Origin: Patescibacteria group bacterium
GTDB taxonomy: Bacteria; Patescibacteriota; Minisyncoccia; Moranbacterales; UBA1568
Assembly: GCA_038078615.1 (NCBI GenBank)
Contig: JBBTWT010000007.1
Location: forward strand, 1,060-65,059
Direction of reading: 5' to 3'
Length of the DNA stretch: 64,000 bases
In this document: in pieces, positions 1-7,340 of the stretch
Numbering within the stretch: the first letter of the stretch is position 1
Layout: each line of letters opens with the position of its first letter
Position numbers and translations under genes: made by a program
The notes under the pieces: model-generated
The model's input: only the letters and a program-made list of their open reading frames with translations
What the model was told of the DNA's origin: nothing
Databases searched by the model: none

Positions 1-1
1 G

Positions 2-160
2 CCCAAGCTCCGTGAAACCGAGCGCAAGGTGCTCGCTATGAAGTACCAGGAGGGTTTCTCCGTGCATGAGATAGCCACGACCCTCGGCAAGAGCGACAAC
101 GCCGTAAAACTGCATCTGAGTCGCGCTCGGAAGAAGCTGCGCACGCTCCTCGGGGCATAA
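2..160 (+). CDS. RNA polymerase sigma factor, C-terminal region 4 only (5' end lies outside the window)
   Basis: Frame 2 reads PKLRETERKVLAMKYQEGFSVHEIATTLGKSDNAVKLHLSRARKKLRTLLGA, a sigma-70 region 4.2 / ECF-type HTH. Stop TAA at 158-160. Confidence 0.7.
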   Translation, partial: PKLRETERKVLAMKYQEGFSVHEIATTLGKSDNAVKLHLSRARKKLRTLLGA

Positions 161-199
161 GTCTCGGGCAGTGCGATTCTGCTGTCAAAAAGTGAAATT

Positions 200-215
200 A
201 TACCATATATTGTGT
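200..215. promoter_or_regulatory. NrdR-box-like palindrome upstream of nrdD (single copy)
   Basis: ATACCATATATTGTGT matches about 14 of 16 positions of the acaCwAtATaTwGtgt NrdR-box palindrome. It overlaps a possible TATATT -10 (206-211). No convincing second box lies about 31 nt away. Confidence 0.3.
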
Positions 216-220
216 TTTCC

Positions 221-246
221 GGTGTCATTCTGACACCTTTTTTGTT
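221..246 (+). terminator. Intrinsic terminator-like hairpin plus T-run downstream of the sigma gene
   Basis: GGTGTC-attct-GACACC (221-237) is followed by TTTTTTGTTTT. Confidence 0.5.
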
Positions 247-351
247 TTCAGGTGTTTAACATTATGAAAGGTAAAAGACGCTTCGGGGGAAGTTGTTTTT
301 TCTTCTCTCTCAAAACGGCTTTTCAATCCCTAATCAACACAAAAAACGCCT

Positions 352-2469
352 ATGCCGATATACAAGGTACAGAAGCGGAACGGTGGAATCGTGGATTTCG
401 ACCTCTCGAAGATCGAGAACGCCATAGTCAAGGCGGCTCTCGCCGTGGGGAAAGAAGGGGATGTGACGGCGCATATCCTGGCTCAGGATGTCTATGCCAA
501 GCTGGAAGAACAGTTCGAGGACGGGATCCCGTCGGTGGAGCAGACGCAGGATCTGGTCGAAGAGACGCTCATCCAGTACGACTATGCCGATGTCGCCAAG
601 GCGTACATCCTGTATCGCGAGAAGCGGCGCGAGGTGCGCGAGGCGAGGAATGTCGTCGTCCAGGTGGAGAAAGCGGTGACGGACTATCTCCAGAAGCTCG
701 ACTGGCGCGTCAATGCCAATTCCAACCAAGGGTATTCTCTGGGCGGGATGATCCTCAATACGGCCGGCAGCGTGATCGCGAACTACTGGCTCTCGCATAT
801 CTATCCGAAGAATGTCGGCGATGCCCATCGCAATGCCGATATTCACATCCATGATCTGGATATGTTTTCCGGCTACTGCGCGGGGTGGAGTCTGCGCGTA
901 CTCCTCGAAGAGGGATTCAACGGGGTGCCGAACAAGGTGGAATCCGCGCCGCCGAAACATCTGAATTCCGCCGTGTCGCAGATGGTGAACTTTCTCGGGA
1001 CGCTCCAGAACGAGTGGGCGGGAGCGCAGGCGTTCTCGAGTTTCGATACGTATCTCGCGCCGTTCGTGAAGAAATACGAGATGGCACTTATGACCGATAT
1101 CAAGAAATACGGCATGAAGTTCGCTTCGAAAAAATCCCGGGCGAAATATATCGCGGATGAGACCTATGCATACGTCTATCAGAATATCCAATCGTTCGTC
1201 TTCAACCTGAACATCCCTTCGCGCTGGGGGACACAGACGCCGTTCACGAACATCACGCTCGACTGGGACTGCCCGGAGGATATGCGGGACAAGCGGCTGT
1301 TGCTCGGCGGCGAGCCGTTCCAGTACGCATTCGGAGAACTGCAGCGCGAGATGGATGTCATCAATCGCGCGTTCATCGAAGTGATGTCGAAGGGCGATGC
1401 CCGCGGGCGCACGTTCACCTTTCCCATCCCGACGTACAATGTGACGAAGGACTTCGATTGGGAAGATCCGAAAAACCTGCCGCTCTTCGAGATGACCGCC
1501 AAGTACGGAACGCCGTATTTCCAGAACTTCATCAATTCCGATCTCAATCCCGGCGACGTGCGCTCGATGTGCTGTAGGCTCCAGCTCGATCTGCGCGAGC
1601 TGCGCAAGCGCGGCGGGGGACTCTTCGGCTCGGCGGAGATGACCGGTTCCATCGGCGTCGTCACGCTGAGCGCCGCGCGCATCGGCTACCTCTGCCGCGG
1701 CGACAAGGAGAAATTCTTCAAGCGCATCGGGCATCTGATGGAGCTTGCCAAGACATCGCTCGAGATCAAGCGCACAGAGGTGCAGAAGTGGATCGATGCC
1801 GGACTGTTCCCGTATACCAAGCGCTATCTCGGCTATCTGAAGAATCATTTCTCGACGATCGGTGTGAACGGCATCAACGAGGCCATCCGCAATTTCACCG
1901 ATGATGCGGAGAATATCACCACGCCGGTAGGGCACGCGTTCGCCGAAGAGATCCTCGACTTCATGCGCGAGCGTATCAAGGATTATCAGGAAGAGACGGG
2001 GAATTTCTACAACCTCGAAGCCACTCCGGCCGAAGGCACGACGTACCGTTTCGCCAAGGAAGACAGGAAGCGTTTCCCGGAAATCCTCCAGGCCGGTACA
2101 CAGGAGGCGCCGTACTATACGAATTCGTCGCAGATCCCGGTCGGATATACGGATGACGTGTTCGAGGTGCTCGAGCTCCAGGACAGCCTGCAGACGAGAT
2201 ATACCGGCGGGACGGTGCTCCACTGCTATATGAACGAGAAGGTGAGCTCCGGACAATCCTGCCGCAATCTGGTGCGCAACATCCTCTCGAATTTCCGCCT
2301 GCCGTACATCACGATCACGCCGACGTTCTCGATCTGTCCGAAGCACGGGTATCTTGCGGGGGAATATGATTTCTGTCCGAAGTGTGATAAGGAGCTCGGC
2401 ATCGAGAGCGAGGAGCGGTTCGACCACGAGTCGCGCAAGAAATACCAGAGCGCTCACCCCGCGAAGTAA
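352..2469 (+). CDS. nrdD: Anaerobic (class III) ribonucleoside-triphosphate reductase, large piece lacking the glycyl-radical motif
   Basis: 705-aa ORF with NrdD-type sequence: SMCCRLQLDLREL, FTFPIPTYNVTKDFDW, TNSSQIPVGY. C-terminal Zn-ribbon is CPKHG..(11)..CPKCD. The ORF stops (TAA 2467-2469) before any RVxGY glycyl-radical motif. Confidence 0.9.
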   Translation: MPIYKVQKRNGGIVDFDLSKIENAIVKAALAVGKEGDVTAHILAQDVYAKLEEQFEDGIPSVEQTQDLVEETLIQYDYADVAKAYILYREKRREVREARNVVVQVEKAVTDYLQKLDWRVNANSNQGYSLGGMILNTAGSVIANYWLSHIYPKNVGDAHRNADIHIHDLDMFSGYCAGWSLRVLLEEGFNGVPNKVESAPPKHLNSAVSQMVNFLGTLQNEWAGAQAFSSFDTYLAPFVKKYEMALMTDIKKYGMKFASKKSRAKYIADETYAYVYQNIQSFVFNLNIPSRWGTQTPFTNITLDWDCPEDMRDKRLLLGGEPFQYAFGELQREMDVINRAFIEVMSKGDARGRTFTFPIPTYNVTKDFDWEDPKNLPLFEMTAKYGTPYFQNFINSDLNPGDVRSMCCRLQLDLRELRKRGGGLFGSAEMTGSIGVVTLSAARIGYLCRGDKEKFFKRIGHLMELAKTSLEIKRTEVQKWIDAGLFPYTKRYLGYLKNHFSTIGVNGINEAIRNFTDDAENITTPVGHAFAEEILDFMRERIKDYQEETGNFYNLEATPAEGTTYRFAKEDRKRFPEILQAGTQEAPYYTNSSQIPVGYTDDVFEVLELQDSLQTRYTGGTVLHCYMNEKVSSGQSCRNLVRNILSNFRLPYITITPTFSICPKHGYLAGEYDFCPKCDKELGIESEERFDHESRKKYQSAHPAK

Positions 2470-2472
2470 CCG

Positions 2473-2504
2473 ACACATCCGTATGCGGTCGCACACAGAT
2501 GTGT
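2473..2504. repeat. Palindromic repeat, copy 1 of 3 (ACACATC...GATGTGT family)
   Basis: ACACATCCGTATGCGGTCGCACACAGATGTGT is a 32-nt near-perfect palindrome starting 4 nt after the nrdD stop. Related copies lie at 50150-50187 and 50828-50863. Confidence 0.85.
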
Positions 2505-2520
2505 AGGAGGAGTTTTGGCG

Positions 2521-2700
2521 GACGGCACAACAGGAGGGAAGAGTGAAAAACAATCGCTAACAAACTAACTGACAAACATATGTCGGACAAGAAGACGGGG
2601 CAGGGAGAAGAGGGAGCAGCAGAGTCCGTCTGCGACGCTTTGCCAGCCCGCAAAGCTGCGCTTAATGCTGCTGACGGGCGCAGCGATGCGAGTGGACGCA
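2521..2700 (+). repeat. Leader-ATG-two-hairpin cassette, copy A (homologous to 41748-41935)
   Basis: Colinear with copy B. Shared parts are ACGGCA(G)CAAC, an A/C-rich tract containing AAAAACAATCG, an ATG (2580), then a core (2631-2690) with about 55 of 65 identities by hand count. Hairpins are at 2637-2656 and 2656-2683. Confidence 0.75.
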
Positions 2701-2858
2701 CGCGCTGCGAGATCTGGACGCGCGTGATGGGGTATCATCGTCCGGTGTCGCACTTCAATATCGGCAAGAAGTCCGAGCACTACTCGCGCAAGCATTTCCA
2801 GGAGACCGTCGCCGCCAATCACGAGTTCTGCGAGAAGTACCGGCTCGTGACGTGCTGA
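2580..2858 (+). CDS. nrdD: Stand-alone NrdD C-terminal glycyl-radical fragment (92-aa ORF)
   Basis: The C-terminal half reads RCEIWTRVMGYHRPVSHFNIGKKSEHYSRKHF, the class III RNR glycyl-radical signature (RVxGY...NxGKK). Its frame differs from the upstream nrdD ORF. The ATG is preceded by an A/C-rich tract like other starts in this window. Confidence 0.7.
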   Translation: MSDKKTGQGEEGAAESVCDALPARKAALNAADGRSDASGRTRCEIWTRVMGYHRPVSHFNIGKKSEHYSRKHFQETVAANHEFCEKYRLVTC

Positions 2859-2866
2859 TAGCGGGC

Positions 2867-3001
2867 AGCATGGTTTTTGGAGCGCCCGATCAGCAAAAAC
2901 TTTTCAGAGGAGACACTCGTCCGCCCAGCGGCGGACTCACTTCTGAAACTTTTTTGATCCGCCCCGTGAGCACGGGGCGGCACCATGCTCAAAAAATTTT
3001 C
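2867..3001. repeat. Composite hairpin element between the nrdD C-fragment and nrdG (T-run/A-run bracketed GC hairpins)
   Basis: Outer inverted repeat is AGCATGGT (2867-2874) with ACCATGCT (2982-2989). Inner hairpins are GTCCGCC-cagc-GGCGGAC (2919-2936) and CCGCCCCG-tgagca-CGGGGCGG (2959-2980). The right half is colinear with 33749-33830. Confidence 0.7.
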
Positions 3002-3074
3002 AAGCCTCTCTGAAATGTTTTTGCGACAGGCGCTTGCCGGTAGCGGAAGCTTGGAGAAGCTCAACGTCACTCAT

Positions 3075-3782
3075 ATGATCATCAGCGGCATACAAAAATT
3101 CACGCTGCTCGATTTCCCGGGGAAGATCGCGTGCATCCTCTTCACGGGCGGGTGCAATTATCGCTGCGGGTTCTGCCACAATCCGGAATTCGTCCTGCCG
3201 GAGGAGCTCGCCAAGCTTCGCAAGAGTTTCATTCCCGAGGAAGCGGCGCTCAATTTCCTGAAGCAGCGCCGGGGGATGCTCGACGGGGTCGTGATTTCCG
3301 GCGGCGAGCCGACGATCATGCCGGATCTGGAGAGTTTCATCGGGAAGGTGCGGAACCTGGGCTTCGCGGTGAAGCTCGATACCAACGGCAATCGTCCGGA
3401 AGTGTTGCGCTCGCTGATAGACAAAGGGTTGGTGGACTATGTGGCGATGGATTTCAAGACGAGTCTCCCCGGGTATCGTTCACTTGTGGGATCGGGTGCG
3501 GATGAGATAAAATTGCGCGAAAGCATCGAGCTGTTGAAAGAAGGGCAAGTCGATTATGAATTCCGTACCACGCTCATCCGCGAAGTGCATACGTCTGCGG
3601 TTCTCGAGATGATGCGTGACACTCTGGCTGGAGCGAAGCGCCTGTATCTCCAGACATTCCGCAGCGGTATCACGCTTGACTCCGCGTTTAAGGATTTTCA
3701 CAGTTTCGATACCGGTGAGACGCGGGAAATAGCGAAATTGTTTTCAGAAAACGTGGAGGAGGTACATATACGCGAAGGGTAG
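3075..3782 (+). CDS. nrdG: Anaerobic ribonucleotide reductase activating protein (radical SAM)
   Basis: GGCNYRCGFCHNPEF CX3CX2C motif and GVVISGGEPT. Lies directly downstream of nrdD. The start is moved to ATG 3075 (MIISGIQKFTLLDFPGK) because 2985-3074 overlaps the repeat element. Confidence 0.88.
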   Translation: MIISGIQKFTLLDFPGKIACILFTGGCNYRCGFCHNPEFVLPEELAKLRKSFIPEEAALNFLKQRRGMLDGVVISGGEPTIMPDLESFIGKVRNLGFAVKLDTNGNRPEVLRSLIDKGLVDYVAMDFKTSLPGYRSLVGSGADEIKLRESIELLKEGQVDYEFRTTLIREVHTSAVLEMMRDTLAGAKRLYLQTFRSGITLDSAFKDFHSFDTGETREIAKLFSENVEEVHIREG

Positions 3783-3789
3783 ATTTCTT

Positions 3790-3818
3790 TTGACAACCAT
3801 TCCGTTTTTTGGTAGCCT
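3790..3818 (+). promoter_or_regulatory. Sigma-70-type promoter for the pyrE-like gene
   Basis: TTGACA (3790-3795), 17-nt spacer, TGgTAGCCT extended -10 (3810-3818). The palindrome GTGAACAATTCAC follows in the leader. Confidence 0.5.
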
Positions 3819-3885
3819 CCGATGATGGATCTGGAACATCAGGTCTAGGACAAGTTCGTGAACAATTCACATTTTGGAGGTAGCC

Positions 3886-4602
3886 ATGGCGAGCGATGAG
3901 AAGAAGCGGCAAGTGATGCGAGCCATCATTCAGTCCGGAGGTATTGAAATCCGGGATGTGGATGGTGGTGAGGAACCGTTCGTGTACAGTTCCAAAAATC
4001 GTGGTCCCGGGTACGTCGATATCAAGGGACGTGTCGGGTTTAACAAAGTGTTCGATCCGATGGTTGACTTACTGGCCGACACTTTGGTGGCGGACAAAGT
4101 CGATTTCGACATGATCGTCGGCATGATGACTGGCGGTGCATTGCCTGGCTACCGGCTGAAGCAGCTGATACAGGAACATATCGGAAGGCCGATCGTGTAT
4201 GTCTATCAGCGCGGCGCCAGAAAAGTCGGCGGTCACGGCGAGCTCGACACCGGAGACCGCAACAATCCCGATGTCGTGCCAGGCATTCGAACGCTTGTGG
4301 TCGAGGAACTGGTAAACTTCGCGGTCACTACGTGCAATGGCGTAGCCTACGAAAGGGGTCTCGGGCGTACCGTGACAGACGCAGCCTGCATCTTGTGCTA
4401 TGAGAACCCCGTTGCCATACAGCGACTTCGGGAAAACCACATCGAACTGCATTATCCGATATCCTTGCCGGAAATTCTACACTTCGGCGGTCAGGAACAC
4501 CTTTTGCAATCGCAAGCGGTGGATTCGTACATGCAGTTCCTGGAAGATCCGAGGGCGTGGAATGAAAGTCGGGGATTCCAGTTTTACGCGGCAGGAGAAT
4601 AG
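3886..4602 (+). CDS. Type I phosphoribosyltransferase, orotate PRTase-like
   Basis: PRPP-binding loop LVVEELVNFAVTTCNG and RGARKVGGHG flexible-loop-like motif. GGAGG lies 6 nt upstream of ATG 3886. Confidence 0.7.
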   Translation: MASDEKKRQVMRAIIQSGGIEIRDVDGGEEPFVYSSKNRGPGYVDIKGRVGFNKVFDPMVDLLADTLVADKVDFDMIVGMMTGGALPGYRLKQLIQEHIGRPIVYVYQRGARKVGGHGELDTGDRNNPDVVPGIRTLVVEELVNFAVTTCNGVAYERGLGRTVTDAACILCYENPVAIQRLRENHIELHYPISLPEILHFGGQEHLLQSQAVDSYMQFLEDPRAWNESRGFQFYAAGE

Positions 4603-4604
4603 AC

Positions 4605-5315
4605 ATGAAACCTAAAACTGTGTTACCAGCATTCTGGTTGGCCGTCGACGGGTCCAGGCCTGAAAACGTGCGGAAGAAGCTCGAATTGATCGCGGGAGTT
4701 GAAGGTGACTATGGCCTGAAACTCAACCTGGACCTTGTTTTACGATCCTGGTCCATGATCCGCGAAGTGCAGGACTCTACCGGCAGGCCGTTGTTCGTCG
4801 ATACCAAGATGAACAATGGCAGAAGGACGATGACGGAGATCATTCATATGCTGGCCGATGAGGGTGTGGCGATGACAAACGCCTATGCTTTGGCGGATCA
4901 CCTGCTCGAAGAGCCGGCACGTGCGGCGGACAATGCCGGGATGATGTTTCTCGGTCTGACAGTAATGACGCACCACACGGACGCGTACTGCAGGAAATTC
5001 CATGGTCGTACCATGGCCGAAACCGTGCGCCTGTTGGCTGAAGTTGCTCTCAAGCGTGGTTGTGACGGCTATATCCTCCCGGGGACGTGCCTCCATGCCG
5101 TGGCTGATCTGGGAGGGGTGAAGTTCAATCCCGCTGTTCGCCCTCCTTGGGTAGCCGACAAGAAGGCCAACCTGCAGGAACAAGTGGTAACGATACAAGA
5201 GGCTTTCGAAAACGGAGCCCACCTCGTTTCCTGCGGTAGCCCGGTGTTTAATGCGGAAAATCCTCGGGATGCGCTCAAGCAGATCCTGTCCGAAGTTCGT
5301 CAGGCCAAGAGTTGA
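4605..5315 (+). CDS. Orotidine-5'-phosphate decarboxylase superfamily protein (divergent)
   Basis: LAVD, LKLNLDL, FVDTKMNNG (DxKxxD with the last Asp replaced by Asn), GLTVMTH, QEQVVTIQEA. The usual VVGR phosphate-binding Arg is not evident. Confidence 0.6.
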   Translation: MKPKTVLPAFWLAVDGSRPENVRKKLELIAGVEGDYGLKLNLDLVLRSWSMIREVQDSTGRPLFVDTKMNNGRRTMTEIIHMLADEGVAMTNAYALADHLLEEPARAADNAGMMFLGLTVMTHHTDAYCRKFHGRTMAETVRLLAEVALKRGCDGYILPGTCLHAVADLGGVKFNPAVRPPWVADKKANLQEQVVTIQEAFENGAHLVSCGSPVFNAENPRDALKQILSEVRQAKS

Positions 5316-5332
5316 ACACCGAACGGGTGTCT

Positions 5333-5383
5333 CGAAGGTGCTCACTGTCGCGTAACGCGCGACAGCAGAGGCCTTCTTTTTTT
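5333..5383 (+). terminator. Intrinsic terminator after the pyrF-like gene
   Basis: GAAGG...CTGTCGCG-taacg-CGCGACAG...CCTTC long hairpin (core 5345-5365) followed by T7 (5377-5383). Confidence 0.6.
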
Positions 5384-5483
5384 ACCTGATTTTTCTTGCG
5401 TACGCGGAGAAACCTCCCCAGTCCCTCTGTACACATTTTTCCACGACCGTGGAGAAATGTGTACAAATATAAAATGACGCGTG

Positions 5484-5492
5484 TGGTATAGT
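5484..5492 (+). promoter_or_regulatory. Extended -10 promoter, apparently leaderless transcript
   Basis: TGgTATAGT ends 6 nt before ATG 5499. Confidence 0.45.
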
Positions 5493-5498
5493 TGGGGC

Positions 5499-6332
5499 AT
5501 GAGGAAGAAATTTTTATACGGTATCATTTTGATTATCGGTGCGATGGTCGCAGTCGCGTGGGCGAACACTTTTCTGGTTGATGAAAATTTGGATACTGCA
5601 AAAACCGCAGAGCGTTTGATGCAAGAGACAAATATCCAAACAGAAGCTCTATCTGAAGAGAAAAAAGTACCGGAAGAAAGCGAAGGAGCCAAGGAAAATG
5701 AGCCGGTGGTGCCTGTGCCGGAACCGATCGTAGAAGCGCCGAAAGGGAGCCTCATTGAGGATGTTCCGTTTACCGTGCAGGCACCATCCGGACAGTGGGG
5801 GGATCCGGTGTTTCAGAACGGCTGCGAAGAGGCCTCGCTCGTTATGGCGGCTTATTGGATATCCGGCAAACCGCTCACGCCCGCTCTCGCGGAAAAGGAG
5901 ATGCAGGCTCTGGCGCGTTATGAAGAAAACTGGCTGGGGCATTCGGTAGATACGTCGATTGAAGATATGGGAGTGCTGCTCGAAGCGAACTACGGCATCG
6001 CATCAAGCGTGGAGCATACCGATGATGAGACACTCGCTCGCATCCGGGAGGCGCTTAGCGAGGGAGCGATCGTCATCGTGCCGGCGGACGGCAGAAAGCT
6101 CCGCAACCCGCATTTCACCCAGCCAGGACCGCCGCGGCATATGCTCGTCGTCATCGGCTATGATGCGGAAACCAAAGAGTTCATCACCCATGACCCGGGG
6201 ACAAAGCGCGGAGAGCGCCATCGGTACCGAGAACAGGTACTTTTCGAGGCTATCCGCGATTATCCGACCGGCGATCATCTGCCATTTCCCGAAGAAGAGC
6301 ACAAGACGATGGTCATTATCGGAAAATCGTGA
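5499..6332 (+). CDS. Membrane-anchored or secreted papain-like (peptidase C39-like) domain protein
   Basis: N-terminal TM segment LYGIILIIGAMVAVAW. FQNGCEEASLVMAAYW (candidate Cys) and RHMLVVIGYD (candidate His) are typical of the C39_2-like fold. The start is set at ATG 5499 because the -10 element overlaps the longer ORF. Confidence 0.6.
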   Translation: MRKKFLYGIILIIGAMVAVAWANTFLVDENLDTAKTAERLMQETNIQTEALSEEKKVPEESEGAKENEPVVPVPEPIVEAPKGSLIEDVPFTVQAPSGQWGDPVFQNGCEEASLVMAAYWISGKPLTPALAEKEMQALARYEENWLGHSVDTSIEDMGVLLEANYGIASSVEHTDDETLARIREALSEGAIVIVPADGRKLRNPHFTQPGPPRHMLVVIGYDAETKEFITHDPGTKRGERHRYREQVLFEAIRDYPTGDHLPFPEEEHKTMVIIGKS

Positions 6333-6364
6333 TATAATGAGGGTGTAACCAGTAATATAAATGT

Positions 6365-6700
6365 ATGGGGCTTTTTTTTCCATCAAAGAAACCAGCAATG
6401 CCATTCTCGTCAAAACCGGGAGTTTCTTCAGGTTTGAAAGGTTTGAACACAAGAGGAGTTATCACATCGAGTGAATTCAAGCGTAAAATCACGCCGGCTT
6501 TGACAAGGGCATTTGGCAGGACGAAAGGCGCGAATATAGAGAATATGTTGATAGGGGATACGAATCACAGCGGCTACACGCGCAGTATGACTGGGCGAGA
6601 AGCGACTGAAACTTTGAAACATTTGGGGAAAAACAGCAGAGACGACCTCTCGAATAAAGAGATCGAAAAGCTGAAGGGCATAATCAGCTCGCAATTATAA
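6365..6700 (+). CDS. Hypothetical small protein
   Basis: 111-aa ORF in an otherwise empty interval. No recognisable motif. Confidence 0.4.
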   Translation: MGLFFPSKKPAMPFSSKPGVSSGLKGLNTRGVITSSEFKRKITPALTRAFGRTKGANIENMLIGDTNHSGYTRSMTGREATETLKHLGKNSRDDLSNKEIEKLKGIISSQL

Positions 6701-6734
6701 TCTTCTGGAGGAAGTATCGGCAGGCAATCATACG

Positions 6735-7256
6735 ATGCGGGTCGCGATACGGCAGAGCAGGCGGGCGAAGAACATGCGGATCGTCGTGCGGAGAGATGGG
6801 AGCGTTTTGCTGACGCTTCCGTTTTTCGTCTCTTACGAGCGGGGCCGGCGGTTTTTCGAGAGCAAGGCCGGATGGATCCGCGAGAAGATAGCGGACCTCG
6901 CCGAGCGGCCGGATCATATCCTGCGGCGTGGCGGCGTCAGGGAATACCGGGAATCTCGCGAGGCGGCGTGCCGGCTCGTGGAGGAGCGGCTCGCGCATTT
7001 TCAGGAGATCTACCGGGTGAGTTGGAAACGAGTGAGTATCCGTAACCAGAAGACGCGCTGGGGCAGCTGCTCGCATGGCGGCAGCCTGTCATTCAACTAT
7101 CGCCTGATATCGCTTCCGCCGCATCTCGCCGATTATGTCATCGTGCACGAGCTCTGTCATCTGCTGGAGCTCAATCACTCGCCGAAATTCTGGGCACTCG
7201 TCGCACGGACTTTCCCCGACTATCTCTCTTTGCGGCGTGAATTGCGGCTGTTGTAG
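6735..7256 (+). CDS. YgjP-like metal-dependent hydrolase (DUF45 / M48 family)
   Basis: QKTRWGSCS and HELCHLLELNHSPKFW (HExxH...NHS) signature. Confidence 0.8.
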   Translation: MRVAIRQSRRAKNMRIVVRRDGSVLLTLPFFVSYERGRRFFESKAGWIREKIADLAERPDHILRRGGVREYRESREAACRLVEERLAHFQEIYRVSWKRVSIRNQKTRWGSCSHGGSLSFNYRLISLPPHLADYVIVHELCHLLELNHSPKFWALVARTFPDYLSLRRELRLL

Positions 7257-7311
7257 CCGGTCTTTTGTTCATCGGGCTGCCGCGAATACCGCAGGGATAT
7301 CGCGCACGGCA

Positions 7312-7340
7312 TTGACAGGATATCTTTTCTCTGCTTTAAT
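7312..7340 (+). promoter_or_regulatory. Promoter giving a roughly 220-nt leader for the DEAD-box helicase
   Basis: TTGACA (7312-7317), 17-nt spacer, TTTAAT (7335-7340). Confidence 0.5.

Noticed and set aside
232-247. A second NrdR box about 31 nt downstream of the first
   Set aside because: ACACCTTTTTTGTTTT matches only about half of the consensus. It is better explained as the 3' arm and T-run of a terminator hairpin.
334-2553. 739-aa minus-strand ORF antisense to nrdD
   Set aside because: It fully overlaps a gene with clear NrdD motifs on the plus strand. Its translation is Arg/Leu/Glu-rich low-complexity sequence typical of antisense frames in GC-rich DNA, and it has no motif.
2470-2700. 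Calling the nrdD interruption a group I intron, by analogy with phage T4 nrdD
   Set aside because: I could not identify group I core pairings or conserved P/Q/R/S-like elements by eye. The interval is a mosaic of repeats. One of these (the cassette) also occurs in a non-genic position after rsmH, and another (the palindrome) flanks an unrelated gene. It is kept only as an alternative hypothesis that needs RNA evidence.
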